Part shown: piece after piece, positions 1-15,939 of the stretch
Layout of the letters: each line of letters begins with the position of its first letter
Numbering within the stretch: position 1 is the first letter of the stretch
Source of the DNA: the human T2T-CHM13v2.0 reference genome, Homo sapiens
DNA length: 64,000 bases
Direction: 5' to 3' (one strand)
NCBI RefSeq assembly: GCF_009914755.1
Contig: NC_060941.1
Notes under the pieces: generated by a model
Database searches by the model: none
Seen by the model: only the letters and a program-made list of their open reading frames with translations
What the model was told of the DNA's origin: nothing
Translations under genes and position numbers: made by a program

Positions 1-1299
1 CATGCATGAGGGGTTCCTTCTGTGCCTATGGACTCACCTAGCATGGGAGACCTGTCTGAAGAGTGACTTTTTTGCTCCCAGTGAAACAAAGAGTAAAAAA
101 GATCCGATGACATCTTTGGGTCAGGGCGCACTGGCAGGAGGGTGTCTCCACACAGGGAAGACTCAGGTGGCGGGTACTGTGACCATCCATGTCTCTTTCT
201 GAGTGGGGACCTGCCAGCAATGTGTCCCTTAGATATGCAGAAACTGGCAACCGAGAGAACTTCCGTCTTTCTGTCTCCTGTCGTCTGAGTCCTGGGATTC
301 TGAGTCCTGAGATTCTGATGATCAGAAGGCCCAATGGGAAGCCCTGGGCCTGTACAGGAAGCGGAGGCATTTCTGCGACACCTCAACTCGATAGGCCAGC
401 TGGCATCATCATAATAGTGCCTAATTGATATCACTAGTTAAATCAGCTACAATGACCACCCCTGGGCCTCCCCCGATAGGAGGCCCTCAAATGCTGGGTG
501 GTCCACGCTATTGAGCCCGGGTCTAGAGTTGGGCAGGGAGAATTTAAATTCTGGCTTCCCTCTTACTAATGGAAAGACTATGGGGGAAATTTATGCAATC
601 AGTTTATTTATATGTAAACTAGGATTAATAACAGTGGTTGTGAGGTTTTGGTGAGGGTGCAGAGTGATTGCTCCATAAATGCTAGCAGCTGTCTTGTTTC
701 ATGCTCGGGACCTGTGCTTTAGTTTTCTCCAGAGGTTTCCTACCTATTAAGTCACTCGGGAGGCTCAGTAACCCCAGAGGATTGGCAGGACATGTGTTTT
801 TAATCTTTGGTTAATGGTTGTGGAAACTGAGGGACAGGGAGATTTAGGTGGCTTGCTCCAGATCATCTATCTCATTTGTGGCTAATGCGGGATGCTCAGG
901 CCCGATTCCAGGCAGGGTCTCTTCTACATGAAATGGGCCTGGACCTCCTGGCAGGAGAGAAAAGGCCAAATCTGAGGACCATCTGGCCAGGCCTGGCCTG
1001 GCGTGACTTAGCCAGAAGGAAGCAGTTGCCTATTAACTCCTTGGGACCCAGTTAACTGGAAAAATTGGTCTGACATCGAGGAACCACCTGCCGATGGTGG
1101 CTGCCGTGGAAGGCTGGCAGTGGGGGTGACATTTCTACTCTCCAGTCACACTGTCCTAAATGCCAACTGATTCCTTAGGTGGTCCTGCCCCTCAATATTG
1201 GGGTGAATTGATAGGGATGGGAGGAGGAGGAAGAGGAGAGTCAGAAACATGGGAAGGTCGTGCCCTTCAATCCTGACCCCAGTGCTTTCCTCTGTTTAG

Positions 1300-1321
1300 G
1301 GAGAAAGAACCTCTGAAGTAA
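1300..1321 (+). CDS. PRCD: PRCD last coding exon (photoreceptor disc component), C-terminus (R)EKEPLK*; exon continues as 3' UTR to 1380
   Basis: Acceptor ttcctctgtttag ends at 1299, then G GAG AAA GAA CCT CTG AAG TAA, matching the recalled PRCD C-terminus ...SSGREKEPLK. Donor cag|gtaggg at 1380/1381. Earlier exons lie upstream of the window. Confidence 0.9.
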
Positions 1322-1775
1322 GCCCTCACCTCTGCAGGTGGGGCTCAGGCCCAGAGACTGGGATCAGCTGGCTCAGGCAGGTAGGGCAGGGCTGGGAGCC
1401 GGGGAGGGCAGAGGGCAAGGCTTGGGACAGGCAGGAAGCAACAGGCAAGTCCCGGCCATGTGGGAGGATAGCAGGCAGTGTTCAGCTCTTGCCACTGATG
1501 GAGGTTCAAAGTAGGCGGATGGACTCATGCCTTTGGCTGCTACCTTGAGCCTGTTGTGGTCCGGGCCATGGGGCAAGGATGAGTTTGAAGAGAACCAGGT
1601 GTAGTTTGACCACATTTTCTAGGCTTGGGGATGGCGAGGTGGTCGTGCTGGGGCATGAGGGCAGTGTCGGAGGACGCCCAAGGGAGAGGCGGTGCTCGGA
1701 AACATCCACTCTGAAATGCGAGTCCCATCCCCAGGTGTGGGAGAAGTGCTGATCTGTTCTGGTTTTCTGTTTCAG

Positions 1776-1868
1776 CTCAGGTCCTGGTTCGTCCCCTAGC
1801 CCAGGAGGATGCTGTGGGAGCTGCAGCAGCGGCAAGAGGGAGAATGGGGGGAAGCAGCACTAGAGAAG
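1776..1868 (+). other. PRCD: PRCD non-coding 3' UTR exon (probable)
   Basis: Acceptor ttttctgtttcag ends at 1775 (alternative AG at 1779-1780); donor aag|gtagac at 1868/1869. Boundaries inferred from splice signals. Confidence 0.6.
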
Positions 1869-2159
1869 GTAGACGCCTCCCTCTCAGCCCGGGACCTGCC
1901 AGTCTCCCCTTCCCCCAGGCCCTGGGTGTGGGCTCCTGAGCAGGACCTGGCTGGGCCTGGCAGAAAGAGCAGACGTGCTCGCTGCTCTCGGACGGGCTTC
2001 CTTCCCTCTGAGTTCCTGAGGCTCCTCTGAGGGACTGCTGAGCCTGAGAAAGCCTAGGATGAGGGACTTGCTGGGTCCACCAGGCTAATTCTGGGGCAGC
2101 CAGCAGCCCAGGCAAGAGGCAGGAATAAGTAAGGAGTGAGGAGACCCCAGAAGCAAGGG

Positions 2160-2335
2160 ACGGCTGATAGCTCACATTTACTAAGCAAGGGCTTCCATTC
2201 ATTCTGTAATTTAATCTTCAGTCACCCACAGAGCCTGGTAATGTTATTATCCACAATTTCTAAATGGGGAAACACAGAGACAGGTTAAATAATTTGCCCA
2301 ACATCACCTAGCTAGGAAGTGGAGGCTCCCAGGCT
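2160..2335 (-). mobile_element. MIR SINE fragment
   Basis: MIR-core-like aatggggaaacacagagacaggttaaataatttgcccaacatcacctagctaggaagtggag. Confidence 0.65.
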
Positions 2336-2549
2336 CACACTGGAGCTGCAGAGCCCACGCTCCTACCCACCATGGCAGGCGGCCTCCCCCTGGAACCTAA
2401 CAGTTTGCAGGGGTTGGGGGTGGTTTGCTGGCCTGGCCAACTGCCTGTCAGCCCAGGAGCTATTCTGTTAAGCCGCCACTTGTGGTCCGAGGTGCTGGTG
2501 TCGGTTTGCCACAGTGGCACTCGCTTTTGTGTCATTTGCCTTTCCCCAG

Positions 2550-4125
2550 TTCCCAGAGCTCATCCTGTCACTGGCTGCTCTGCTGAAATTATCAATAAGA
2601 AATGCCAGTTGGATCTGTGACATGTCTGCCTGCAGCTGGATGGGAGCAACGGACAGCTTGTCCTCCGAATGTGTTTTCTGTATGTGTGCAAGCGCGTGTG
2701 TTCCAAACGGGCAGTAGCGTGTGGGAAGGAAAAAGCCTGACACTTGTTTTTATCAATTTGCTGATGCTCAGTCCCGGCGGCTGCCTCCTTTGCCCCCAGC
2801 TGCTCTGCCATTTCTCTCTTTTCAATCCTGCATGATCCTGAGCAGAGATAAAAGCAGATTTCCGCTTCTGCTCCCAGATCCAGGAGCAGACCCTGCAGGC
2901 AGCTGCTCCTGATGTCTCACAGCTATTAGTCTTCAAAAACCCCCCGTGCCTCTGTGCACACGCGTCTCTCCTCCCCAGCCAGCCCCCCTCCCAGCCCAGC
3001 GGCGATGTCTCTGCCTGGCTGGCCCGTGCCCTTGACTTCCAGGCAGTAGAAGATGGAGTTCTCTAGACAGCAGCACTTCAGCCGCCACTCTGCCTCTGAA
3101 GGGAAGGAAGGGAAAGGGTGAGGGATGCCGCAGAGCAGAGGGAACCGCTGGGGAGGCGCTCAGGGTGGGGGAGGAGGTGCACCCCGCTGGGGAGGGCCTG
3201 CTGGTACCTCGGGGAGCCTGGCTGGGGTGTGTGCGAAGGCAGTTCTGTGGGAGCCTCTCAAAGTAGGGCAGGCAGGAGGCAGGGGGAAAGTCACACTAGG
3301 GAAGGAGCCTGCAGAGGCAAAGCCAGAGCGCCAGCCTGACCCAGGCCGTGAGCCCGTGATCGCCTGTCTCAGCTCCTGTCAGCCTGTCTCTCTCTTTGGA
3401 GGCATCGGCCTTCCTGGTGACAGGCCTGTCAGGCTGAGGGCCAGAGGGCACTGTTCCCGGGACCCAGTCTGTGTTCCCCGATCCTATCTGCATTTATTCT
3501 CTATTTGCCATGTTCCTGTCACCTCATCCTTGCTGCCATTTCCGAGTTGCTCATCTCCTTCCACTGGTCTGAGGAATTGTCAGGCCAAGGTCATGGAGCT
3601 GGCTCACGGCCCAGACGCACTTCCCCAGGGCAGCGCCCCTCCACGCCACTGTTCCGAGAACCTGCGCAGGAGGTGGTGGCTGCTCCAGGGATCCATCCAG
3701 AGGAAGGGCGGGAAAAAGAGAGGAAGGGGCTGCTGGCGGCCAGCGGGGCTGTGGCTGCCTGGGCTTGGAGGTTGCCTGGGCAGCTGGGGTGCCGTGTGGG
3801 CCGGGTGGGGGGGCTGTCTCCCCCAGGGAGCAGGCTGGCTTTGGTGGGAGCAGATTGTGTTTACACCTTCCCCGCACACCCAGCCCACGCTCGCCTCTTA
3901 TTCCCGGGGCCTCTCCCACCCCTGGGCTCTCTGCGCAGTCTGCACATTTGCAGCTCCTGCTGCAGAAAGTTACCTCTCTCAGCCTAGAGCTCCCCACAGA
4001 AGGCTCCTGGGACCCGGGTGCCCCTTCCTTGGCCCACTGGCTCCCATCACAGGGCTTAGTGTGAAGCTCAGGGCAAGGGTGGACCTTTAAATGGGGGAAT
4101 TAAATCCTGACTATGACACTGTCCC
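2550..4125 (+). other. PRCD: PRCD terminal 3' UTR exon (probable)
   Basis: Acceptor ttgcctttccccag ends at 2549 (alternative AG at 2555-2556); ATTAAA poly(A) signal at 4099-4104. Confidence 0.5.
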
Positions 4126-4309
4126 CACTGAGGCTGAGTCCTTTTTCATCCCTTTCCTTGCAAAGAGCCGCTGCTTGGGAATGGGAGCAGGAGTGCTCAG
4201 GGGCTTGGGAGAGGGCAGATAAAGGGCAGCTAGAGAGGGAGAGCTGAGCCAAAGGGTGGGGTCCCTTCTGGTCTAGGGTGCTGGCTACTGTGAAATAACA
4301 AGAGTCCAA

Positions 4310-4510
4310 GAGCAAGGTGTCCAGAGTCAGAGCTCCTGGGTTTGAACCTTGTTCCACCAGCACATCCTACCTCTGTGGCCTGGGTAAGTTTCTGAACACC
4401 TCTGTGCCTCAGTTTCTTTAGCTGTAGGATGGAGATCCTACTGGTATCTGTCTCTTAGAGTTGTAAGGGTTGATTAGATAACGTGTGGAAGATGCTTAGC
4501 ATGTTGGGTA
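4310..4510 (+). mobile_element. MIR SINE fragment
   Basis: gagtcagagctcctgggtttgaacc...ctctgtgcctcagtttc core. Confidence 0.7.
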
Positions 4511-5179
4511 AGTGTCCCATATATGTGAGCTGGCACAATCCGGTTTGCACTGTAAATTACTGAACAGTGGTAGATTCAGGACGGCTAGAGTTCCTCACAT
4601 CCTCACTCTCTGGTCCTTCCTGCCGTCTCTCCACATACACAGAGCTGGGCGACCGGTAGTTCTGCAACAGATCAGAGGATGGCAGAGGGTGGCATTGCTG
4701 GGGTGGGGAAGCCCCCTGTAAGCCTGTACTGGAGAAGACCACCACTGCCTCTCTGTGCCCAGAACCATGTCCCAACCTCCAGTGGTGACCTCGACCTGGA
4801 CAGCGCCACTCCCAGCTGGCTCTGCTTCCGGAATGAACCTCAGCTCCTTGACAAGACGGGAGGCGCTGCCCTGCTGTGGTACCTTCCTCCGTGTGAATGC
4901 TAATCTCTCTGCTGGGGGAGCCTGAGTGACGGGGAAAGGCTGCTTGGAGCTGCAGGGCGGCTGAGGGCAGCAACCAGGAGCAGGGAGGTGCTGCTCCTGT
5001 AACTGAGGCTCAGAGCGGCTGCCAGTCTCTCCTGGAGACTGGAGCATGACCAGGGAACTAATGAGGCGGTGGGGGTGTGGTGGGAGCCAGGGAAGTAGCC
5101 ACTGCAGCTGTGGCTGTCCACTGTCACCCTGGGGTGTAGATGTCACCTTGGGGAGTACCCACCCATTCCAAGTGTGCAG

Positions 5180-5222
5180 TTGTGTGTGTGTGTGGTTGTG
5201 TGTGTGTGTGTGTGTGTGTGCG
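5180..5222. repeat. (TG)n microsatellite
   Basis: Directly visible interrupted TG run. Confidence 0.95.
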
Positions 5223-5469
5223 CGCAGTCCTGGGCAAGGGCAAACAGTACAGGTGGTGGGCCAAGACTAGATGGGTAGGGCACAGTGCCCACTATGAGAC
5301 AGGCACAATGGCGAGAGAGCAAACCCTGCTGGTTCCTCAGGCTCCCGTAGCCTCTCTGTGGGGGGCCTCACTGTTAGGAAGAAGCCCAAGACCTAGAGCT
5401 AGAGGAAGATAATGCTTCTTTGTGAACCTCAGAAGAACAGTTTGGTTCGCACGGAAGCTTATGTTAACA

Positions 5470-5700
5470 TAATGATGATACTAATCGTATGATTAATAAC
5501 CACTAACATGCATTGGGCGCTTACTATGTGCTAGGCACTGTGCCAGCTGCTGTATTTTACGCACTGTTTCATTTATGCGGCAGGAACTGTTATCATTTAT
5601 CCAATAAGGAAAGTGAGGTTCACAGAACTTGCTCAAGGTCACTCATAGCTGGCAGTGAAGCCAGGACCTGAGCCTGGGAAATCTGACACCAAAGCTTGGG
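5470..5700 (-). mobile_element. MIR SINE fragment
   Basis: gcgcttactatgtgctaggcactgtg...aaggaaagtgaggttcacagaacttgctcaaggtcac. Confidence 0.7.
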
Positions 5701-6377
5701 ATAGAGGGGGCCCAAGTCTCGAGTTGGGGGCCGTGAGGAAATTTTGATTGTGACCTGTCTACAAGGCACAAGGAATGGAGCTGTGGTCCCGCCCAGCCTG
5801 CCTTTGCAAGTGGGCTGGTGTTGGCCAGGGTCATTGCCACCAATCTGTCTTCAGGAACTCACATTCAAGGGCAGACCAGACTCTAGGCCCTGAGAAGCTG
5901 GTTCTTGCCTGCCAGGTGAGGGGGAGAGGAGAGCTGCCCCTTTAGGACCCCTCAGTCTTCCTCAGGAAGGATGTGGTGGCCTCTGGCAGGGATGACAGAC
6001 AGCGAGGTCATCACCCACAGTCACTGCAACTGCCACTCTGTTGCCTCCTTCAGCCAGGGGCAGGGCCCTGGGGAGAGGACAGGATGGCAGCCAGCAGCCC
6101 AGCTGGAGATGCGGAGCCTGGTGAGGAAGGTTGTTTTGATTTGTTTTTGCAGGGGGAGGGTGCAGGGCATGGAGACCAAGGAGGTGGCTTTCAGGGGGAT
6201 CCGCTGACAGTGGGAAGCCAGTCCTTGTGCCTAAGGAGCACAGACCCTCTCTGTGTGACACATGTGCCCCCTAGTGGGGATGATGACTGTAGTGGGGGAC
6301 TGAGAAAATTTTTAAAAATTTACTAACAGACTCAGCCTGTGCACCTGGGGAGGAGAGGCCAATCCTGTCCCTATGTG

Positions 6378-7062
6378 AACACACACACATTCACACACAC
6401 ACACACACATATTCACACACAGAGACACCCACATTCACACACACAGACACACACACACAGAGACACATACATTCACACACACACATACACAAACACAGTC
6501 ATATACCTATACAAACATATAATACACACACAGACATACACACAGTCACAGAGACACACATTCACACACACACACACAACACACATTCACACACACACAG
6601 ACATACACATATACATATTCACACACATACACATACACACAGACACACATAACACATTCACACACACATACACATATACAAACATATTCACACACATATA
6701 CACACACATACACATAAACATACACATACATACACATTCACACACACATTCACACATACACATGCATACACAGACATACACATATACGAACATTCACACA
6801 CATACACACAGACATACATGTACACACACAAATAAAACAGACACACAGAAACACACACACATAATCACAGATACACATGCATACACAGACATACACATTC
6901 ACACATACACACACACATATACACCGACACATACACATTTACACACATACAGACATATACACTTATAGACACACATAGCATACACATACACACAGTCACA
7001 CACACAGATACACATAAACATACATACACACAGAGAGACATACACATACACAAATACACACA
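6378..7062. repeat. Long degenerate (CA)n/(CACATA)n low-complexity tract (~690 bp)
   Basis: Directly visible; source of the spurious His/Thr and Cys/Val ORFs. Confidence 0.95.
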
Positions 7063-7729
7063 GTATCATATGCAGAGGCAGAAGCCATTTGAACTAAGCA
7101 TTAAAATAAATTAATGTGTTCATTTGGTCATTTATTTAACAAGCGTGTCCTGGGAACCTGCAATGTACAAACCCTGTATCAGGTGTCAGGAGTGACACTC
7201 GAGGAGAGACAGACCCTGCCCTGCTGGTTGGTCCTATAGGAAGGCCCCAGCCTAGGTGGCCTAGTTCTGCCAGCCCAACCCTGCCTGTCCCTGTGACCTT
7301 TAGTTCTCTGGACCTCGGTTTCCTCATTTGATAAACATTTGTCAAGCCCAGGTGGGCTGGAGTGAGGACGCAGAGGACTAATGATCTCCTCAGGAAAAGA
7401 ACAGTTTAGTAAAATGAAGGGGATGGACCAGAAGCTCTCTGGGGGCCCCACCGACTTTCCCAATCGAAAGCAACTGTAATGAACTGTGTCTGGAGTGCTG
7501 TGTGCCAGGCACTGTGGATCCAGAAACGGATTAAGACCTTCTGCCACAAACAACCAGAAAACTGGGCAAGATAAAAGCAGCAGACACTTGACAACAGGCA
7601 GCACACAGGACAGTGACCCCATGACTGCCTCAGCTTCTGCCTGGAGACAGTTCCCTGACTGTGCCTTGGGGAGGGGAAACCCAAGCGGACCACAGTGGCT
7701 TTGCTAAGGTGAGGAGGAGACAGAATCAG

Positions 7730-9460
<1,731 letters not shown>

Positions 9461-10928
9461 AGTTAGAAACAAAACAAGAATGAAGAATGATGCTTGTTTT
9501 GCTCACCATCTAGCAGAAAAGCCAGACATACAAATAATCATCAAACAGTGGGATGAGTGTTCAAAGTATGTTGAAATAACACGAACTCCCATTTATCAAG
9601 TGCTTACCTTGCGCCAGGCGCTGTGCTAAGTGCCCCGAAGCACTGATTTAACGAAGTCCCGTGATGTTTGGATGATCCTCCTCCTCCTCCTCATTTTACA
9701 GATGAGAAAATAAGACTCAGAGAGAAGTGAGGTGACCTTTGCCAAGGTTACTCAGCTAGAATCAGCAGAGCTGGGACTTTCCTCCAAGTCCTCCTGGGTT
9801 GCAGACAATGTGCTAATCCACCTGCCACCAGGAAGGTGCCACGATGAAACAGCTCGGGAATTGTTGCAGCGTCTCAGTCAAAACTTCGCAGGAAGTATTT
9901 AAGTACAAGCTGGAATTTGCAGAGCAGAGAAGAGAATGCAGTGAAGGGACTTTCAAGGCAACAGGAACAAACACCACCACAAGCAAAGGTTATGCAACAG
10001 CTGTGAGAAGGCAAGGGTTTCTGGGCATGGAGAGACATGCCCAGGAAATAACAGAAGAGATCCATGGAGCATTATATCGTCTTCAAATTCATTTATTTTT
10101 ATTTTTAAAAAATCAATTTTTGAGTAATACTCTAGAGGCAGTGGCTCTGCCAAGCAGGGAAGTCAAATGCATCGCTTTTTTTCCTGTACACTGTTGGCAA
10201 GCACAGATAATCCACAACTCCAACGCCATCTATTCTCAATGCGTAGGGTCTGTGTTATATTTCTCCTCTTCCAGAAAGTTAAAGCTCGGTGAAACTTAAA
10301 GCAGTGATCCCAGGTTTTTAAATTTTTATATTTTTACTTTTCTTCCATCTGCCTGGTCATCTGCATGATCCCAGCTTTCTGAACAGGATTTGTGACACTG
10401 TTTCACGGTCCTAAGAACTCTCAGGAAAAAATCCTCTATGTTTTCATGACAGGTTTTCTAGGTGGGTGAATTAAAGTCTCTGGAGTTAAGCAAAAACGGT
10501 CCACTGTCATAGCGTAATTTTTTTAGGAAACATGGCATGGTGGCTGAGACCATGGGTTTTTAGGCTGGATTGTTTGAGTTCAGATCGCAGTGCCTTCACT
10601 TATGAGTTCCTTTAACCTTTCTGCACCTTGACTTCCTCAGCTGTGAAATGGGAAGGTGGGGGGTTGGGGGATAATGACAGGGCTGTCATGAGAATCAGAT
10701 GAGACAGTGAATAAAAGGTGCTTCCAGAGTACCTGCCACAGAGTAAACACTTCATATACACATAGCTGTTATGATTTCCGGAAGGAGGCTTGCACACATG
10801 AGCTCATTTTCTGTATTCTGCCATGATCCATTCTTCTGGGAAGAATTATTTTTAAAAGATATCATTTAGGATGATTTGACTGAAACAGAACACCCAACTT
10901 AAAATGACTTAATAAGATTTCTTTTTAA

Positions 10929-11244
<316 letters not shown>

Positions 11245-11272
11245 TAAAATCTCACATTTTGTAATTCACTCA

Positions 11273-11722
<450 letters not shown>

Positions 11723-12344
11723 GAAATGTATAAATGTGTCTCTGAATCAAAACGAGGTCTGAAGTTCAGGGGTGTTGGGACTGGCGGTTTCTGCGGGTCA
11801 GCAGCATCACTGAGGACTCATGTTCTTTCTTCTCTCTACTCTGCCATCGCAGTCCTTCAGCTCCTACTTAATGGAAGCCTCGCAGATGCAAGATGGCTCC
11901 AGCAGGCCCAGCATCACTTCTTCTCAGTGTCCCAAAGCCAGAAGAGAGGCTGTTGTTTTTAAAAGCAGGAAAACTTTCCTAAACTTGGCCAGAATTGCAT
12001 CACAGACCCTTTCCTAAAACAATTTCCAGCAAAGGGAATAGACTTACCATGTCTGGTACAGATGAATCAAGGTTTGCCCCTGGGGGCTGGGGAGGGGCTT
12101 GTCCCGCTGAAGCAGACTCTTGCCCAGCAGCTGAACGGAGCCTAGGTTCACCAGACGGAGGAAGAGACTGGCCACTAACAGTGCCTGACACACAGATGTG
12201 CTTCCTGTGATATCGCTGCTGCCACCGTTCCAAATGTAAGCAGTTGGCTGTCTGGGATACTACCTACCTTCTTTTGTGTTCTTATTAATAAAATTAAAGA
12301 TTGCTTTCTGGGTAGAGAAATTAACCTCAATATTCTAAAGACTG

Positions 12345-12700
<356 letters not shown>

Positions 12701-13647
12701 TAAACGCTGTCAGTGACCACCCCAATACAGCAGGCCAGCTGACTGGATTTTCCCTTTGTACTCAGAGCCTGGGTCCCTGAAAAGCGCTGGGGACTTTTGC
12801 TTTCCTGTTTGTAAAGAGTCACTAGACTGTGACTCTTTCCATGTCAATAAATAGAGGTCTGCACTAGCCTGGTATAAAGGCTGTATAATAATTCCACGGT
12901 AGGTAAAACTCAAATGTCCTAGCTCTCACCAGCAATGAGTGCAAATGAGATCACAGTAACATCCACATTTCAGTCTCAACAGCTCTGAGCCCTTGCTGGC
13001 TCATTCAGGAATTCTGATGCATTCTCTGAAGTCCCCCTAGTTATTTCTGGGTTGGCTGCACAGTGTACTTTACATGTGCTCGGCACAAGGCCTCTCATTG
13101 TATTTCGCTCCAGCCTCTTGGCCACTGCCCAGCTGCCCTGGCATCCCCATCTGCCATGAACCTGCTGTTGGGGAAGCGATGTCCAGTCAGGTGTGAAAGC
13201 AACTTGGTGGCCTGCGGCAGAGTGAAGAGCTGTAAAGAATGGCCCTCACTATACACTGGGTGGCATCCAGGCCCAATACAGCCCTGCTAGAGCCCAGAGC
13301 CTCCATCTTCCACACATCAGCTCTGCAGCCTCCCATCCTCACTCTTCCTGCCACGAAGTGGCTCAAATGGCAGAGCAGGTGCCCATTGTTCCCCCTTTCA
13401 ACCTCATTTCTGATTTTGTCCCCAACCACCCCTACAAACACATGAAAATCTTCTTCCTTCTCCCTTCCTCCCCGAAAACAAAAGTCCTTATACATAAGGT
13501 CACCTTATTCATTAGTGGTAAAAGCATGGATTCTACAGGCTGGGAGCAAACCCTGACCCTGCCAGTTACTGGTTATGTGAATTTGGGCAAGTTACCGAAT
13601 TTCCCAGTGCTTCTGTTTCCTTATCCGTAAAATGGGGACAGTGATAG

Positions 13648-14497
13648 TGTTACCGGAGAGGAGTCCTGATCCAGACCCCAAAAGAGGGTTCTTGGATCTT
13701 GAGCAAGAAAGAATTTGGGATGTCTATAGACTAAAGTGAAAGCAAGTTTATTAGAAAAGTAAAGGAATAAAAGAATGGCTACTTGGCCAGGCATGGTGGC
13801 TCAAGCCTATAATCCTAGCACTTTGGGAGGCTGAGGCAGGCAGATCACTTGAGGTCAGGAGTTCGAGACCAGCCTGGCCAACATGGTGAAACCCTGTTGC
13901 TACTAAAAATACAAAAATTAGCCGGGCGTGGTGGCGTGCGCCTGTAATCCAGCTACTCGGGAGGCTGAAGCAGGAGAATTGCTTGAACCCAGGAGGTGGA
14001 GGCTGCAGTGAGCCGAGACAGCAGCACCACTGCAGCCTGGGTGACAGAGCGAGACTCTGTCTCAAAAAAAAAAAAAAAAAAAAGGCTACTCCACAGAGCA
14101 GCCCTGAGGGCTGCTGGTTGCCCATTTTTATGGTTATTTCTTGATTATATCCTAAACAAGGGGTGGATTATTTACGCCTCCCATTTTTAGACCACATAGG
14201 GTAACTTCCTGATGTTGCCATGGCGTTTGTAAACTGTCATGGCGCTGGTGGGAGTGTAGCAGTGAGGACGACCAGAGGTCACTCTCATCGCCATCTTGGT
14301 TTTGGTTTTGGTGGGCTTATTTACTGCAAACTGTTTTATCAGCAAGGTCTTTATGGCCTGTATCTTGTGCCGACCTCCTGTCTCATCCTGTGACTTAGAA
14401 TGCCTTAACCGTCCGGGAATGCAGCCCAGTAGGTTTCAGCCTCGTTTCACCCAGCTCCTATTCAAGATGGAGTTTTCTGGTTCCAATGCCTCTGACA
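13648..14497 (-). mobile_element. MER41A solo LTR (ERV1) inserted in a MIR and interrupted by an Alu (~13785-14082, +)
   Basis: Reverse complement runs TGTCAGAGGCATTGGAACCAG...CCGGTAACA, matching the recalled MER41A consensus; 4-bp imperfect TSD atag/gtag; lacks the GAS-bearing segment of MER41B. Confidence 0.85.
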
Positions 14498-14899
14498 GTA
14501 GTACTTCATCGCATTGTGAGGATTAAACGAGTTCATACATGTACAGAAACCAGTATAGGGAATGGCACCTGGTAAGTGCTATGAAGTATTAGCTATCATT
14601 ACTATCTTGTCTACAGTAGGTCACCAGCCTGCTAGCAGCTTTTGGGAAATTCCACACTTAGAATTCCCACTGTAAGTCTCAAATGAAAGGAACTATGTTT
14701 GCAGGGATAGAACACATTCTTCCTTTCAGTATTACACAAAATAACGTGTCTTCAAGGGTAAGGTAGAGAAACCTAATGGCCAGAATTACTGCTGAATGAA
14801 TTAATGATTATTTGCTGAAGACTTACTGTGAGCATAGCAGGTAAATACCAAACCCTGCACTGTTAAGAAATTAAAAAGAAAAAAATAAAAATAAAAAGA

Positions 14900-15820
<921 letters not shown>

Positions 15821-15939
15821 AAATGAAGCCAAGGTGTTTGCCTGAAAAATAACACTCAGAAGAGCAGTGGGTGTTACATCATTCTCCGTTCTTTTCGTAA
15901 TTCAGCTCGTGACACTTGCCTTTTTTTCTCTTCTCGGAA

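Noticed and set aside
6339-7059. 209-aa His/Thr-rich ORF and antisense Cys/Val ORFs
   Set aside because: Translation of the CA microsatellite tract
9844-10299. 151-aa ATG ORF
   Set aside because: No recognisable homology, domain or retrocopy hallmarks; not supportable
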